NCBI RefSeq assembly: GCF_964355755.1
Contig: NC_092680.1
Span: 16,129,045 to 16,193,044, forward strand
Direction: 5' to 3'
From: Antedon mediterranea
Lineage: Eukaryota > Animalia > Echinodermata
DNA: 64,000 nt
Shown: piece by piece, positions 38,501 through 50,340 of the stretch
How positions within the stretch are numbered: the first letter of the stretch is position 1
Layout: each line of letters starts with the position of its first letter
Made by a program: the position numbers and the translations under genes
The notes under the pieces: model-generated
What the model was told of the DNA's origin: nothing
The model's input: the letters and a program-made list of their open reading frames with translations, nothing else
Database searches by the model: none

Positions 38501-41500
38501 TCAAAGTTAATTACAGTAGGCCTACATAACGCGGAACTTAATTTGAAATACAGTTCTGTATAATTTTGTTTTTTTCGCATAGCTTTGATGAAAAAGATAA
38601 CCTGCACTATTAGGAGCCAATCCATAACAACCTAATAGATATTTCAAACATTATTAAACGGAATACTTTAATTAAATAAACTTATTTTGTTTATATTATA
38701 AAATAAACTGAATATGTCGTAATGAAGCAATGATGCTAGATGTAAAATTTTATACAAATAATTATTGTATAATTCACGTAGTATTAAATAATTTGTATAT
38801 CATTTTCAATTGAACAATTTACTGTTTAGATCTTGTACGTGACTGGAATAATTGGATTATTAATTGTAACAATGTTTCACACACATAAGTATCGTAAATT
38901 ACATGAAGCCAAAAAATGCAGTGATTTACGCCATGTGGTAGTCTACAGTAGGGGCGTGAAACAGCCGTGCCATTGTGTTTAATCCTTGAAACTTCTTCGT
39001 GGGCGTGTCCGTCGTATTAAAATGGAAATCCACGGTCCCGATGGACCGCGATTTCCAGCTGGGGTAGCTCTGGTCCCACGTTTAAACAAGCCTACCCCCT
39101 TGTATTCAGCTAAAATATATCTAAAAGTATCCCAATGGAAATAAGCTGATAAGCTTTTTGGGCTATCCTGGAAAATCTTTTAAAATGTATTATTTGTAAT
39201 GTCCGTAATTTATGTTATCACTTTGTATGTATTTTTTATGATGACTTTCCAAATAAATTCAAATCAAATCAAATCTATATGAAAATTGCAAAGTTGAATT
39301 GATATTAATGCCTATTATTAATGTGCCTATTCTAATATAATCTAAAATAGCACACATTTATGTTACATTACAGATATTGATGACGTTATAAATAACATCA
39401 CTTCATCTACTGATCCATCTTTTACAATGACATGTTCTGGAAATGGTAATCCTGTTCCTCAATTAGAGCTTTACCATAATGGGACCATCATAGCAAGTGA
39501 CACTACAATGCTAACATACACAAGGCATAGGGTGACAGAAGATGACAGTGGAAACTACACATGTATAGCTAGTAATACTGTTGGAAAAAGGGAAAGTACT
39601 GTGATACAACTAGATTACTGTAAGTGTGTAGACATCAGCATGTTTGCCTTCTTACACTCGAAGATCCCGCTTCGTGAATAAAAATGAGGGCGTATCAATT
39701 TTATCTCTGGTGCGCGTGCGTACAATTAAGGGACCAGTGCTGTTCCGTCGTACAACCGGGCCGAGAATGTTAAAGAGTCGCTCTAATCAAGTTTGAACAA
39801 TACCATGAAAGCACCAGTGGTATAATGGTTAGGACATCTGCATAACAAGCAGAAGGTTCCGGGTTCGAATCTCGGTTAGGGGGACTTTTTTCTCATTCTC
39901 ACAGATTTCCTCATATTTATCGTTTCAAATTAATTAATTAAATTTCAATATATCACCGGGCGGTTTAGAATTTATTCTATGCCTGTGACGTTTATATATA
40001 AAACAAACACAAATGTACGATACTCGGGTACAGCAAAAGAAGCTGTAATGACGCCATAAGACGGGATTTTACGTCATACACATCAATAACCTCGCTACCA
40101 AATACGACTATATTCCGAAAAGTTACGTCACGTAACCGGAAATGGCATACGGTAATTACGGTAAATTATGAAATCTCAAAGTCACAATATCATAAATAGG
40201 TTTTACTGTATATATTCGTATTCTCCAAGTCAAGACCTTTGAAATGACACCAAACACGGCTATATTACGACGAAAATCGTTTGGCACCAAGGTACCATCT
40301 TCGAGACGTCATATGGCTGCATCCGATTTAAAATTAAAACATCCGGAGGACATGTCCTTGTAGTATACCCATGACAAATCCCTGCTCAATACTACAACGA
40401 ATAAAGGATCGCACTTTTTTTCGATTGGTACCATTTTTAAGACGTCATAATTCTGCATCCGGTTGAAATACGACAATTTTCTCTATATAGCTTTGTTCAC
40501 CTATTACTCTAGTATATGCATGCCATGTTTCAGAGCCGTCAGACGACGCGTAAAGAACTAGTAGGACTTGAAAGTTGGCTCAATAGTGTCCAGATGGAAG
40601 AGAAGATGAGAGAGTCCTAGACTCGGGTACCCGAGTAAAAAAGTATCTCTTCGGAGATCCCGCTTCGTGAATAAATTACTGAAAGATGAGGGCGTATTGA
40701 CAATTTGATCTCTGTGCGCGTGCGTACAATTAAGGGACCGCTGCAGGTTCCGTTGTAACACAATGCAAATACCAATGCAAATTAAATAAAGGACGATTTC
40801 TAGCTGTTAATTGTTTTTTTTGTTTCTTAGATAAACCTAGCTTTTATTCGCTTGGTTACATAAGCGCTGTTTCTGGTGAAAATGTTACTATTGAAATGTT
40901 AATGTTATCATACAACCCTACTGACGTCACCTATAATTGGGCCATAAATGATTCTGATATTGTATATGAAGATGGCAAATCCACATTGACATTCACCGCA
41001 CCAGATGTTAATGAACAGACAGAATATATGATAACAATGAATGTTACCAATAGCATTGGATCTACAACCGATTTTGTAAACGTATCAATCTCCGGTACGA
41101 TTTCATTTTTTCATTATCCTTACTTAGCTATCAAAAATGATATTCATCACCCATGTATTTAAGTACTATTAAAACAATGATTCTGCAGGTACCGTTTGAA
41201 ACATTGTCCATTATTATTGACACTTCATTTTGTTCATTTATTTTTCTCTTAGAGAAACCACCATCCCTCATTAACATCTGCAGTCGTCTTATGATAGGAA
41301 CATTTGTTATTGGCTTGATCGTTGGTTTATTAATTGGACTATGCTTTGGTATCAATTGTTGCAAAAAAGCTACAAAGGTCGGTTATTACATAGTTATATT
41401 TTATACAGTTTATGTTATTGATATTTTTATTCGTTAATTACTTTTTATTTTATCTAAACCGCATGGATACATTACAGTAATTATCATACTGGATATCATT

Positions 41501-43390
41501 CATGATTGTATTCCCTAAAATAACTTCTCTTTGAAAAAACATCCAGAATATTAAAAAATACTGGATATCATTCATGATTGTATTCCCTAAAATAACTTCT
41601 AGAAGATTTTAAAAAAATCGTTTACATTTTGTTTTAATATAGAAAAGCTCACCACTCATACAAAACATGGACGATAACAAACAAGAAGTAGGTACTGTGT
41701 ATTAATCCTAAGATCTTGAGAGAAATTTACAAAATTAATACGCCACATATTTCGCTCTATTTAACCATCCTTTCGGGCACTCTTATGGAAAGGTCAACAT
41801 TTCAATATCACTGTCTACAAAAGTATATATTATTTAATTTGGGGTGGCTTTCATGCATGCGGCCCATGGCTGTCATCACGCCTAAATTGAACGTAAATCT
41901 ACAGAAGAACCCAATTAAAGTATACAAACGTATAATATTAGAAAATAAATGTCTTTATTTCTTTGTCATCTGATCCTACATTGTTTGCTTTTAATGTTAT
42001 GATATTTTTTTTCCCTTCTGGATCAAATAAATCGACTTGTGACTTATTCCCGCGAAAACAAGGCGAAATATGTTTTAACACTGATGGCCAACCCCTATAA
42101 GGGGACAGCTCTATTTTTTTTCCCTTCTGGATCAAATAAATCGACTTGTGACTTATTCCCGCGCGCGAAACAAGGCGAAATATGTTTTAACACTGATGGC
42201 CGACCCCTATAAGGGGACAGCTCTAGAAGGAAATGAGGACACTTTTGTGTGTGCCAAACGGTGATTCGACCACTACCAAGGAGAAACTTTTTTCTATACA
42301 AAAACAAAACAAAAAAAGAAAATAATTATATTCCCTTTTGATGGTTATATTTCAAAACAACTTTCTAAACATTTGAGTAAAGTCAAGAACGCGCGATTTA
42401 CTGACATTTTCTAGGTATATTATGACGACATTTCCTCACAATTTAGGCATATTTATATATGAGGATAAGTCGTCCAACAATACAAATTAGTGAAAACGTT
42501 TTTAAACGTAGAAGTATATGCCTTCTATTTTCACGCTCTGGATACGATTTGTATAGGATAATATTCACCTTGGAGAAGTTTACAAAGTTGAAAGATTGTT
42601 TATAATACGTTATAGCTATGCAAGACATAGGTACTATAGTTTATAATACACAATATGCTTACTTAGGCTTCATCATCATATTTTTTGTATGGTTTTTTAT
42701 ATGTTTAGCCTAAATGTTGTGCGTATATTCGGTACAATAATTACGTCGGAACTAGATAAAAAGATTACTTCAGCGCAAATTTGGCGGTGTCATGAAACAT
42801 GGTCAAAGTAAATTACCACCAGATAACATAACAACTTTTAACTTGTTCATAACTAATCCAAAGTGTCCTGCATTTTTCAGTAGTTAATATATTCACCGAT
42901 ACGAAATGATTGTAATCCTAATTGTTTTATCTATAAATAAATCGAAATACAACACATGAAAATAAATATTTACATGCATTATTGCAAAGTTAATGTTGGA
43001 TGGAAAGCTAAGGTAGACGTGGGTATTATAATTTAAGGACAAACAATCATAAAGCTCTGTCTACACTATCAAACTTTATGTGACAAAAAAATGTGATGTG
43101 CCCATATATGGATATGATGACGCCATATCACTACCATATTTGGGTACATTACACTTTTTTGTCAAACTAGTTTGATATTGTTAAGGTTATTGGCATGAAA
43201 ACAATACCTGCATAATATCAACATTACTCATGAAAAAAAGATAGAGATATTATTATTAACAGCTTTTTTTGTTTCATCATATTCACAGACTTACATGAAA
43301 TATGGGTTGAACACCGATGAGGATGAACAAGAAATGCGACATTATCACGTTATACAACACAACGTGGAGGAGCCATGTTATGCTAATTAG
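32127..43390 (+). CDS. Type I membrane IgSF receptor, 9 coding exons, 633 aa: leader-V-(C2/I)x4-Cys-less Ig/PKD-like-TM-Tyr tail
   Basis: join(32127..32508,33075..33320,35733..35978,37705..37950,39374..39619,40831..41094,41253..41377,41643..41687,43289..43390); all introns GT-AG with compatible phases; 1902 nt open to TAG. Confidence 0.85.
33075..33320 (+). CDS. Ig C2/I-type repeat exon 1
   Basis: 246 bp, ttacag|AT...T|gtaagt; MTCSGNGNPVPQLELYHNG...DDSGNYTCIASNTVG. Confidence 0.92.
33328..34016 (+). mobile_element. SINE (Nin-domain-like core, L2-like tail) with three internal repeats of about 55 bp
   Basis: ggataaggactataaaccgtaggtcc...gtgcactttaaagaacc core; ccccgaaaccttgactcagaaataccgggatggtgtccggcgggggatagttt x3; tgtaaagcac...ggcgctatataaat...(tta)n tail. 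Confidence 0.65.
34107..34258. mobile_element. Short Harbinger-like MITE (AGCTCTGTCTACACTATCAAAC family)
   Basis: Related copies at about 43052-43180 and 50690-50768. Confidence 0.7.
34259..34413 (+). pseudogene. Decayed pseudo-exon paralogous to the Cys-less domain exon 40831-41094
   Basis: ggttacataagcgctgtttctcgtgaaaat...cctactgacgtcac...gaagatgacaaacccacatt aligns with 40854-40990; indels; acceptor region replaced by a MITE. Confidence 0.8.
35733..35978 (+). CDS. Ig C2/I-type repeat exon 2
   Basis: 246 bp, phase 1-1, the most diverged of the four copies. Confidence 0.92.
36228..36430 (+). pseudogene. Decayed pseudo-exon paralogous to 40831-41094
   Basis: ttcttag|ataaagc... retains the acceptor but frameshifts to TAA. 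Confidence 0.8.
37705..37950 (+). CDS. Ig C2/I-type repeat exon 3
   Basis: 246 bp, phase 1-1, ttacag| and |gtaagt. Confidence 0.92.
38192..38360 (+). pseudogene. Decayed pseudo-exon paralogous to 40831-41094
   Basis: Acceptor mutated (ttcttaa), deletions; aligns through acgtcacctataatgggccattaatgattctgatac. Confidence 0.8.
39374..39619 (+). CDS. Ig C2/I-type repeat exon 4
   Basis: 246 bp, phase 1-1; 6 nt differences from repeat exon 1 by manual alignment. Confidence 0.92.
39662..40760. mobile_element. Inserted element with direct terminal repeats of about 95 bp, carrying a tRNA-derived segment
   Basis: agatcccgcttcgtgaataaa...gcgcgtgcgtacaattaagggacc at 39662 and about 40655; absent from the paralogous introns. 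Confidence 0.6.
39811..39883 (+). pseudogene. tRNA-Val(AAC)-like pseudogene / SINE head
   Basis: A-box TGGTATAATGG, anticodon arm TCTGC-ATAACAA-GCAGA, T-arm CCGGG-TTCGAAT-CTCGG; acceptor stem does not pair. Confidence 0.6.
40831..41094 (+). CDS. Membrane-proximal Cys-less Ig-like/PKD-like domain exon
   Basis: 264 bp, phase 1-1; YKPSFYSLGYISAVSGENVTIEML...VTYNWAIN...STLTFTAPDVNEQTEYMITMNVTNSIGSTTDFVNVSIS. Confidence 0.85.
41253..41377 (+). CDS. Transmembrane exon
   Basis: ctcttag|AG; EKPPSLINICSRLMIGTFVIGLIVGLLIGLCFGINCCKKATK; donor |gtcggt, phase 0. Confidence 0.88.
41643..41687 (+). CDS. Short cytoplasmic exon KSSPLIQNMDDNKQE
   Basis: gttttaatatag| and |gtaggt, 45 bp, phase 0-0. Confidence 0.75.
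42003..42225. repeat. Tandem duplication of about 110 bp (2 copies)
   Basis: ttttcccttctggatcaaataaatcg...ccctataaggggacagctcta occurs twice. Confidence 0.9.
43289..43390 (+). CDS. Terminal cytoplasmic exon with tyrosine motifs
   Basis: attcacag|; TYMKYGLNTDEDEQEMRHYHVIQHNVEEPCYAN*. Confidence 0.8.
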   Translation, partial: TYMKYGLNTDEDEQEMRHYHVIQHNVEEPCYAN

Positions 43391-43399
43391 AGGAAGAAG

Positions 43400-44640
43400 A
43401 ATATATTATTATTAAGTGTTATCAAATCACTACTTATATCACAAACATTATTTCTTATGGGTCATTATTAGGCCTACATTTATTCCTAGCAATAGCCTTA
43501 TTAGGTTGCGCTGCGGATTGGCCACCGGAACCAGACTTTATGCCGCGATATAAAAAGTTTGCGCAACGCGGCTGGTTTAGTACGTGATAAAAACTGGTTG
43601 GTAAAACAGAAATCTGTATGACTTATGATAATTAATGTATTTTTTTATTCAGTACATATTGAAGTAGGACTAATCAAATAATGATATGGCATAGGCCTAC
43701 TGTAACATGGGTCATTATATCCTTCAATGATACTTGATAGACCGATTATCTAGAATTGTTTTTTATTTGTTATATTTGAAAATTGAAAACCTTCTCGATA
43801 AACCGACAATAGCAATATTCCAGGTGGGTAATAGCTTTTGTGTTGATAGAAAATTTATATTATTAAGTGTTATCAAATCACTAATTATATCAAAAACATT
43901 ATTACTTATGGGTCATTATTAAAAAGCTTCATTAGGTTGGGCTTCAGCTTGGTTTCTGAACCAGATTTTAGGCCGTGATATAAAAAGTTTGCGCAACGCT
44001 GGTTTACATAATTAAAAAACTGGTTGTTAAACAGAAATCTGTATGGTTAATGATAATTCATGTAATTGTTTATTTAGTACAGATTGAAGTAAGTCTAATC
44101 AAATTATTTTCTTCAATGATACTTGACACATCGATTATCTAGAATTGTTTTTTATTTGTTTTATTTTTTTAACCCAAATAAGCCTATTTTTATTTTATAC
44201 ACAATCCGCCTACAGTCATTTATCATCATTACCAGTTATTTATCAATGTTAAAACTGATTAGTGCGATGTTTTATACAAACAGTAGGCCTAATGAACATT
44301 AACCAGTCAAAGTCTATTGATCTGCATCAATATTTACAAAACTAAGTGTAGCGACCATTATAACGTCTCTTTAACATAATACAGTATTCCTCACATTTAG
44401 ATATGTTTTTAACGTTCCGCAAACTATGAGCCGTGATTGAATTAGTGCCGGAGTCCTAGACCTAGTAACAGCTTCATTGCGTTGGGCTGCGACTTGGTCC
44501 CTGAACCAGATTTTAGGCCGCGCAACGCTGGTTTACGTGATAAAAACTGGTTATAAAACATAAGTCTGTTTGATAAAAGATAATGATCATGTATTTTTTC
44601 AGATTTTTTTTACAGATTGAATAACATGGGTCTTTTTTAT
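43400..44640. repeat. Diverged tandem units of about 450-500 bp in the putative 3' UTR
   Basis: attaagtgttatcaaatcact and gcgcaacgc...aaaaactggtt recur at about 43410/43560, 43860/43990 and 44520; AATAAA at 44910. Confidence 0.75.
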
Positions 44641-47600
44641 TCTCTTTTTTTTTTATTAATTATGAATTAATTTGAATACAATGTTTAAACAGAAATATTT
44701 TGGTTGTGAACAAAAAAAATGTTCCAACAAGCTCAATATTGGCATGCAATGTCCATATAATTTACACTTTATGATAAAAAGGCCCTTTTATTGTTATTAT
44801 TTTAAAAGTAGATTCAGAATAACTTTTTATACGTTACAGTCTTGATTTAATTAATTTTAATTGGTTTTGTATATGCTTTGCAATTGTTGTGTTTCTCTTT
44901 TTACACTGAAATAAACTAGATTTTTTGATTATAAATACTTGAATACTTTTTTAAACTGTAAGCGTCCGTCCGTACGCGTGTGTTATATGCCTACACACTA
45001 CCGATACGCATTTTGTTTTTAATTATTGTATGAGGATTATAATATTATGTATGACATGAAATATGGTTATGATGTGCAAGGACAACTAACTAAAAACGCG
45101 TAGTAAACTGTGAGTAGATCACGTAACTATTGATGAACTACATTCGGGCCATCGACATGAATACAGTAGCATGCTTATAGAAAGGTCCTTTAAAAATATC
45201 AATAATCCTAACCTTAACGCTAATCCTAACCAAAACGTTACTCCTAACCCTAATTATTAACAACACTGTCATGAACATGCTCCTGTCTTTATCTTATCTT
45301 GACGGTCCAAATCATATCTGTTATGACTTATCATTAGTTCTGCTCTGCTCCCATGTTGGGAAAAACTAAACGATCTTTAAAGTGTTGGAATTGTGGTTTG
45401 TTTTTAAATTTAGTTAAACCATAATACTGAATGCTAAAACGCTTTATTTGTTCATTAATCATAATAAAATAAGAAAAGAAATTCATCTTAAAGATTAGAA
45501 AATATTAGTACGATGAAAATCAGATAAATATAAAATATAAACAAGAATCCGTATACAGGTATAAATACACATACATTATTTCACAAAAGAGAAACTTTAA
45601 AATGCGGTTGCAATTTGGAAGTTCGTTCAACAAAGTTCAACATTGATAACAAGTTGTTTAACAAGTTTCATTTATTATTAGTGTATATATTTTATACTGT
45701 AGTATTTGATGCGGTATATATTGCAAAATAATATAGGCCTAATTGCGTATTTATTTATTCAATTATATTCGTTCACATAGTTTTTAAGAATAAATGCGGT
45801 ACAACGTCGAGAATGTTAAAGAGTTCGACTCGGCTTGAACATACAATGAAATGTCAGACGTGGTCTAATAGTTTCGATTAGATAGCGACTCTTTACAATT
45901 CTCGGCGTGGTAGTAGTAGTGTTTGATAAAGTAGTATTGCATATGCCATTTAAAAGTTTAAGGACTATTATCAATATTAGTAGATGCCAAATCCTTATAA
46001 ATCATTTGACTTACAATTTAGTATTATTACTACAAATATTGTTTGTGACCTGCGTAAGCAAAAATACACAAGTTACAGATTTAAATATATGTAAACTGAG
46101 GTAATACTTCCATTATTGTTTTTGCTATAATATAAACACGAATTTTTATCACCGTAACTCAGATTTTAAGTACCGGTATAAGATAAGTACAACTGTAAGA
46201 TATGGAGTTGTACATTTGTTGTTTTTTTTCTGGAAAAAAAATATCTGGACAGTTAAACATCTTTTTAAATAAAATGCTGTTTCACTTAAGAATGATCACG
46301 GTTTTCAAACGGCTTATGTCTACATTACCCCACACATCTCATGTTAAGCCACGGTAACTAATAGGCCTATACATGTTAGTTATAATTTTTAAGATGTTTC
46401 TCAGATCAGTTAATTACTCACATTTTTACTTCGTACGATATTGATGCTTTCTGAATTCAATGTATCCACCGCTACAACGACCGTATCATCAGACGTCGAC
46501 AGCACAATGCAAAAAAATTGGTAGGTACATTAATTATCTTAAACCCTAAAGTACATAGTTTACCGCGGTGGCGATGTGTAGATTGTGTACCTATCCAAAG
46601 TACAAGACCTCAGAACATCCGCCGACGTAAACTCAAATGACATGGTTTGGTTTGGTTCCCACCAGCCCCCTAGTGTTAGTACGTAATAAAGAGATATTAT
46701 AGTTATATATTAGCCTGGGTGCAGTACAAATTTTGCGGGAAAAAAGTATAGGAAAATTGTTTTCTTTTTTTTCTGATAGAGAATACCATATAGAATGTCA
46801 GAAAAAAAATTCCCATCCCAGGATCTTGGGGAAAATTTGTTACGGCACTTTCAAATTTTGGCCTATATAACACACACAAATGCCTATTAACACACACAAA
46901 TACCTATATATAGGGGATAGGGAAAACAAATTCACGTTTTTTTTTACTTGGAGTTGTGATATTCTATTATGTATTTTTTTAAAGAAATAAAAGTAATGTC
47001 AGAATCTAAGATATGATGACTTTTCCTATAAAATCATTCTGTTTGTATGCATTATTAGCGAATTTTAGTGAACACCTTATGGATACGACTAATGAATATT
47101 CATGTTTATTATGTGACGTTTCATGAGGGGTCCCTAACTTACATGTACGAAAAGAAATATCGCGTCCGGGTCTCGTTACCCTTAAAGAAACAAATTATTT
47201 TTGTCTGATCAAATGACTTTGTTCATGTAGCGATTACCAGAAACTCGTACTTAATTCATTGTTTCAGTTTCGTCGTCTGTAAAGAGTCCACTCTCTAAGT
47301 ACTATTAAGACGTAATAATACCTGTAAAGGAACCAACTCCAAGGACACTCCATAGACAGAGAATTTGAACCATTCCAGTGATATTGTTAAGACGTCTGCA
47401 TATAAAACTATAAAACAGCAGGTTCCCTGTTTGTTTTTATTCTCATTTTCCCATGTTTTAACTTAATTCTAAACCACCCAGTAATAACCAATAACGAAAA
47501 TAAATTCGTACGGGTACAATGTTGAACCAATAAACAACATTACTGTCATTCAAATAAACTAGTGTTAGTTGATTTGGTATTTTATTTCACAATGTCATTG

Positions 47601-49859
47601 CGCCCATTATCTTTCCATGAATGTAGCCCTTATCTTGTTATGTTTACTGAACAAGCACTAAAGTTATCAGTAAAGTTGAATTAATATTTGTACTTTATTT
47701 ATTATGTATGTTTGTGAAATGTTATCTGTTACACTTACCAAGATAAAATATCGTAATCAGTACTTTGACTGCGACAACTACATACTTTAGTTGCTACAAA
47801 TCGCAGTATCGTTCCTACTGACGATCAATTAGCGCCCTGGTCATTAAACATGAACTTTTATCTCACCCTCTAAGACCATGTGGGACAAACGTTGTTTATT
47901 ATACATCTTATTGTGAATCTTGCTTCTAGTTAGATACTTTTTTTTAACTCCTCTGTCGTTTTCTTTAACTATTATATTATTTTTTGAAGGATTTTCTTTC
48001 TTTCGTCAATTCACAACATTTCTCATTCAACGTTGAACAAGTATTAAGTAAAACAACATTATTATAAGAGGATACGATAATAATTCCATTGGAGATCTGT
48101 CATTCAAATAAACGGCTAATTTATAAAATCAATATATTATACATTTTCTTTCGAAATTAATATAAACTGATGATTTGTGTTTGCAGAGGTCTTGTTTAAA
48201 TTCTTACGCGATTCTGTGGCTGTCAGTAGACGCTATGTCGGAGACTGTTACCAGTGTACCAGATACCTATCTGTATTAAGTACTTTTAATATACGATATC
48301 TCTGTCATTAGGTTCCTATCCAGAGACAATGTATAACGTCATATATAGCCTACTGCATACAAGAGGTGGTGGGAGTTTTACAGGAAATTTAATTAATCTT
48401 AACAATGACATTATTAGTTTTGGGGACAAATATCCACATGTTACAATACACAAACATATGAAGTAAATTGTCTTTCTCTATCTTACAAAAGGAACACAAG
48501 TCGGATTCAGTTAAACCGATCCTGAACATCCTTTCATGTTTTATTTAAATATAATTTTGTGTAGGTATTTAAATTGGAAAGCTTTTACTTTATTATTGAG
48601 GCTCAGGTTCAACCAGAGGCATAATCAAAGTTTCCGAGAACAATGTAGGCCTACATGGATTAGAGGGTAAAAGCGAGCGAACGCTCAGCTCGTCAAAATT
48701 ATTGTAAGTGTAGGAGGCATAAAGAACGGTACTCATTACTTATGAACAAAAATATTGAGAGAGGAAAATAGCTAACTAGATCTAAGGAACAAACATCATT
48801 CACGTGAAACTACTTGAAAGGAATACACGTACTTCGAATTATGACTGGCATCGGTGATAAAAGGCATCGGTGATAAAAGGCATATAATCACATAAGGAAA
48901 CGTGATAGCATACAAATACTAGTGACTCTAAGGATGTCAGTGAATATACCTTTAGAAACCCTCAATATTATCGAATTGATATAATAAAATACGCTTTAAC
49001 CAGTAGGCATGTAAACACAACATTTACAAAATTTATATTCATACTAGCCAAACGTGTATCAGTTTAATTTTCAGCTATTTTATTGATGTTGTGTACGTTG
49101 ACATAATGTGATGGTGCTAGTTACAGTCCGATATGCGTGAATAATTACTAGAATTACGTAATGCATAAACCGCATCATTACAGAGAAAGATTAAAACTAC
49201 TCTACTCTGGGTTTACTGCGGGTACGGGAGACCAGTGCACGTTATGCTATTGTAACAACAGTGATGTGTTGTTTTGTACTTGTCGCCAGAAGATTATTGA
49301 TCGACCGACATCCATGGCGGAGAACATGTAGTTCTGATGTATTAATGTAACCCACATGCATAAGCCATCGTTTTCTCCATGGTTTGAGTATTATTTCCAG
49401 CTCACTGCAGTCGATTTGAAATAGGTTAGAATTATTTTGTCTAATAAAGCTTTAAATATCAATGTACCGAATTCGGTTATCCGAGGTCATTCATACTCAC
49501 TGCTGATTGAACGAAAGAAAAAATATCGTACGATTTATTTACATAATGTGTGAGGTTTTGACTGTATTAGAGACTCTTGCTGACAACAGCTTAATAAATG
49601 TGCTAAATCGTGCTACCAATTCACTATGTGGCATAGTATTATAAACTATATCAAACACATCGTATTAAATAAGAAGTTCCTTAACCGTCTGATCAATTTG
49701 GTTAACTCTGTTACTAATGCACTACTCGATAATGAATACTTTAGGCCTACTCTGTTCAATCTGTTACATACTGTAGACCTAGAGTACGGTAACAAATGAT
49801 GTTGACATTGTATAGAAAATTAAATACTGTACCCGTAAAATGCTCATAAAACTATTTTT

Positions 49860-50340
49860 GTGGTACATGAAAAAAAAGAATTACATAATATAATACAAAG
49901 TTATAAACAAAATAAATATTTGTATGGTTAAAATTTCGTTAGAGTTAGACTTGTTTTACTGCATGTGATTTGTTGTTTTTACCTAAAATGTTGAGGGCAT
50001 CATCTTGCATTCATTCCGTGGTGATGAGTTGTGGTAGTTGTCGTACATGAAAAGAAAAAAAAAGAATTACATATAATACAAAGTTTTAAACAAAATAAAT
50101 ATTTGTATGGTTGAAATTTAGACCCGAAGTTTATCTTGTGATTTGTTTTTTTTACCCAAAATGTTGAGAACATTATCTTGCAATAATTCATTGGTGAAGA
50201 GTTGTCGTAGTTCCCGTCGTACATGAAAAGAAAAAAAAAATTACAAATTTATAAACAAATATTTGTAAGTAAATCTTTTGGTTTAAAATTAACAAGCTAG
50301 ACTCGAAATATATGATTGTTTATTTGCTTACCTAACATTT
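49860..50340. repeat. Diverged tandem repeat, unit about 180 bp, 3 copies
   Basis: gtacatgaaaa...aattaca...aaacaaaataaatatttgta at 49863, 50043 and 50219. Confidence 0.75.

Noticed and set aside
39811-39883. Functional tRNA-Val gene
   Set aside because: Acceptor stem unpaired and embedded in an inserted repeat
45205-45255. Interstitial telomeric repeat
   Set aside because: Only a few degenerate taaccc/taatcc units, typical of repeat-internal microsatellite
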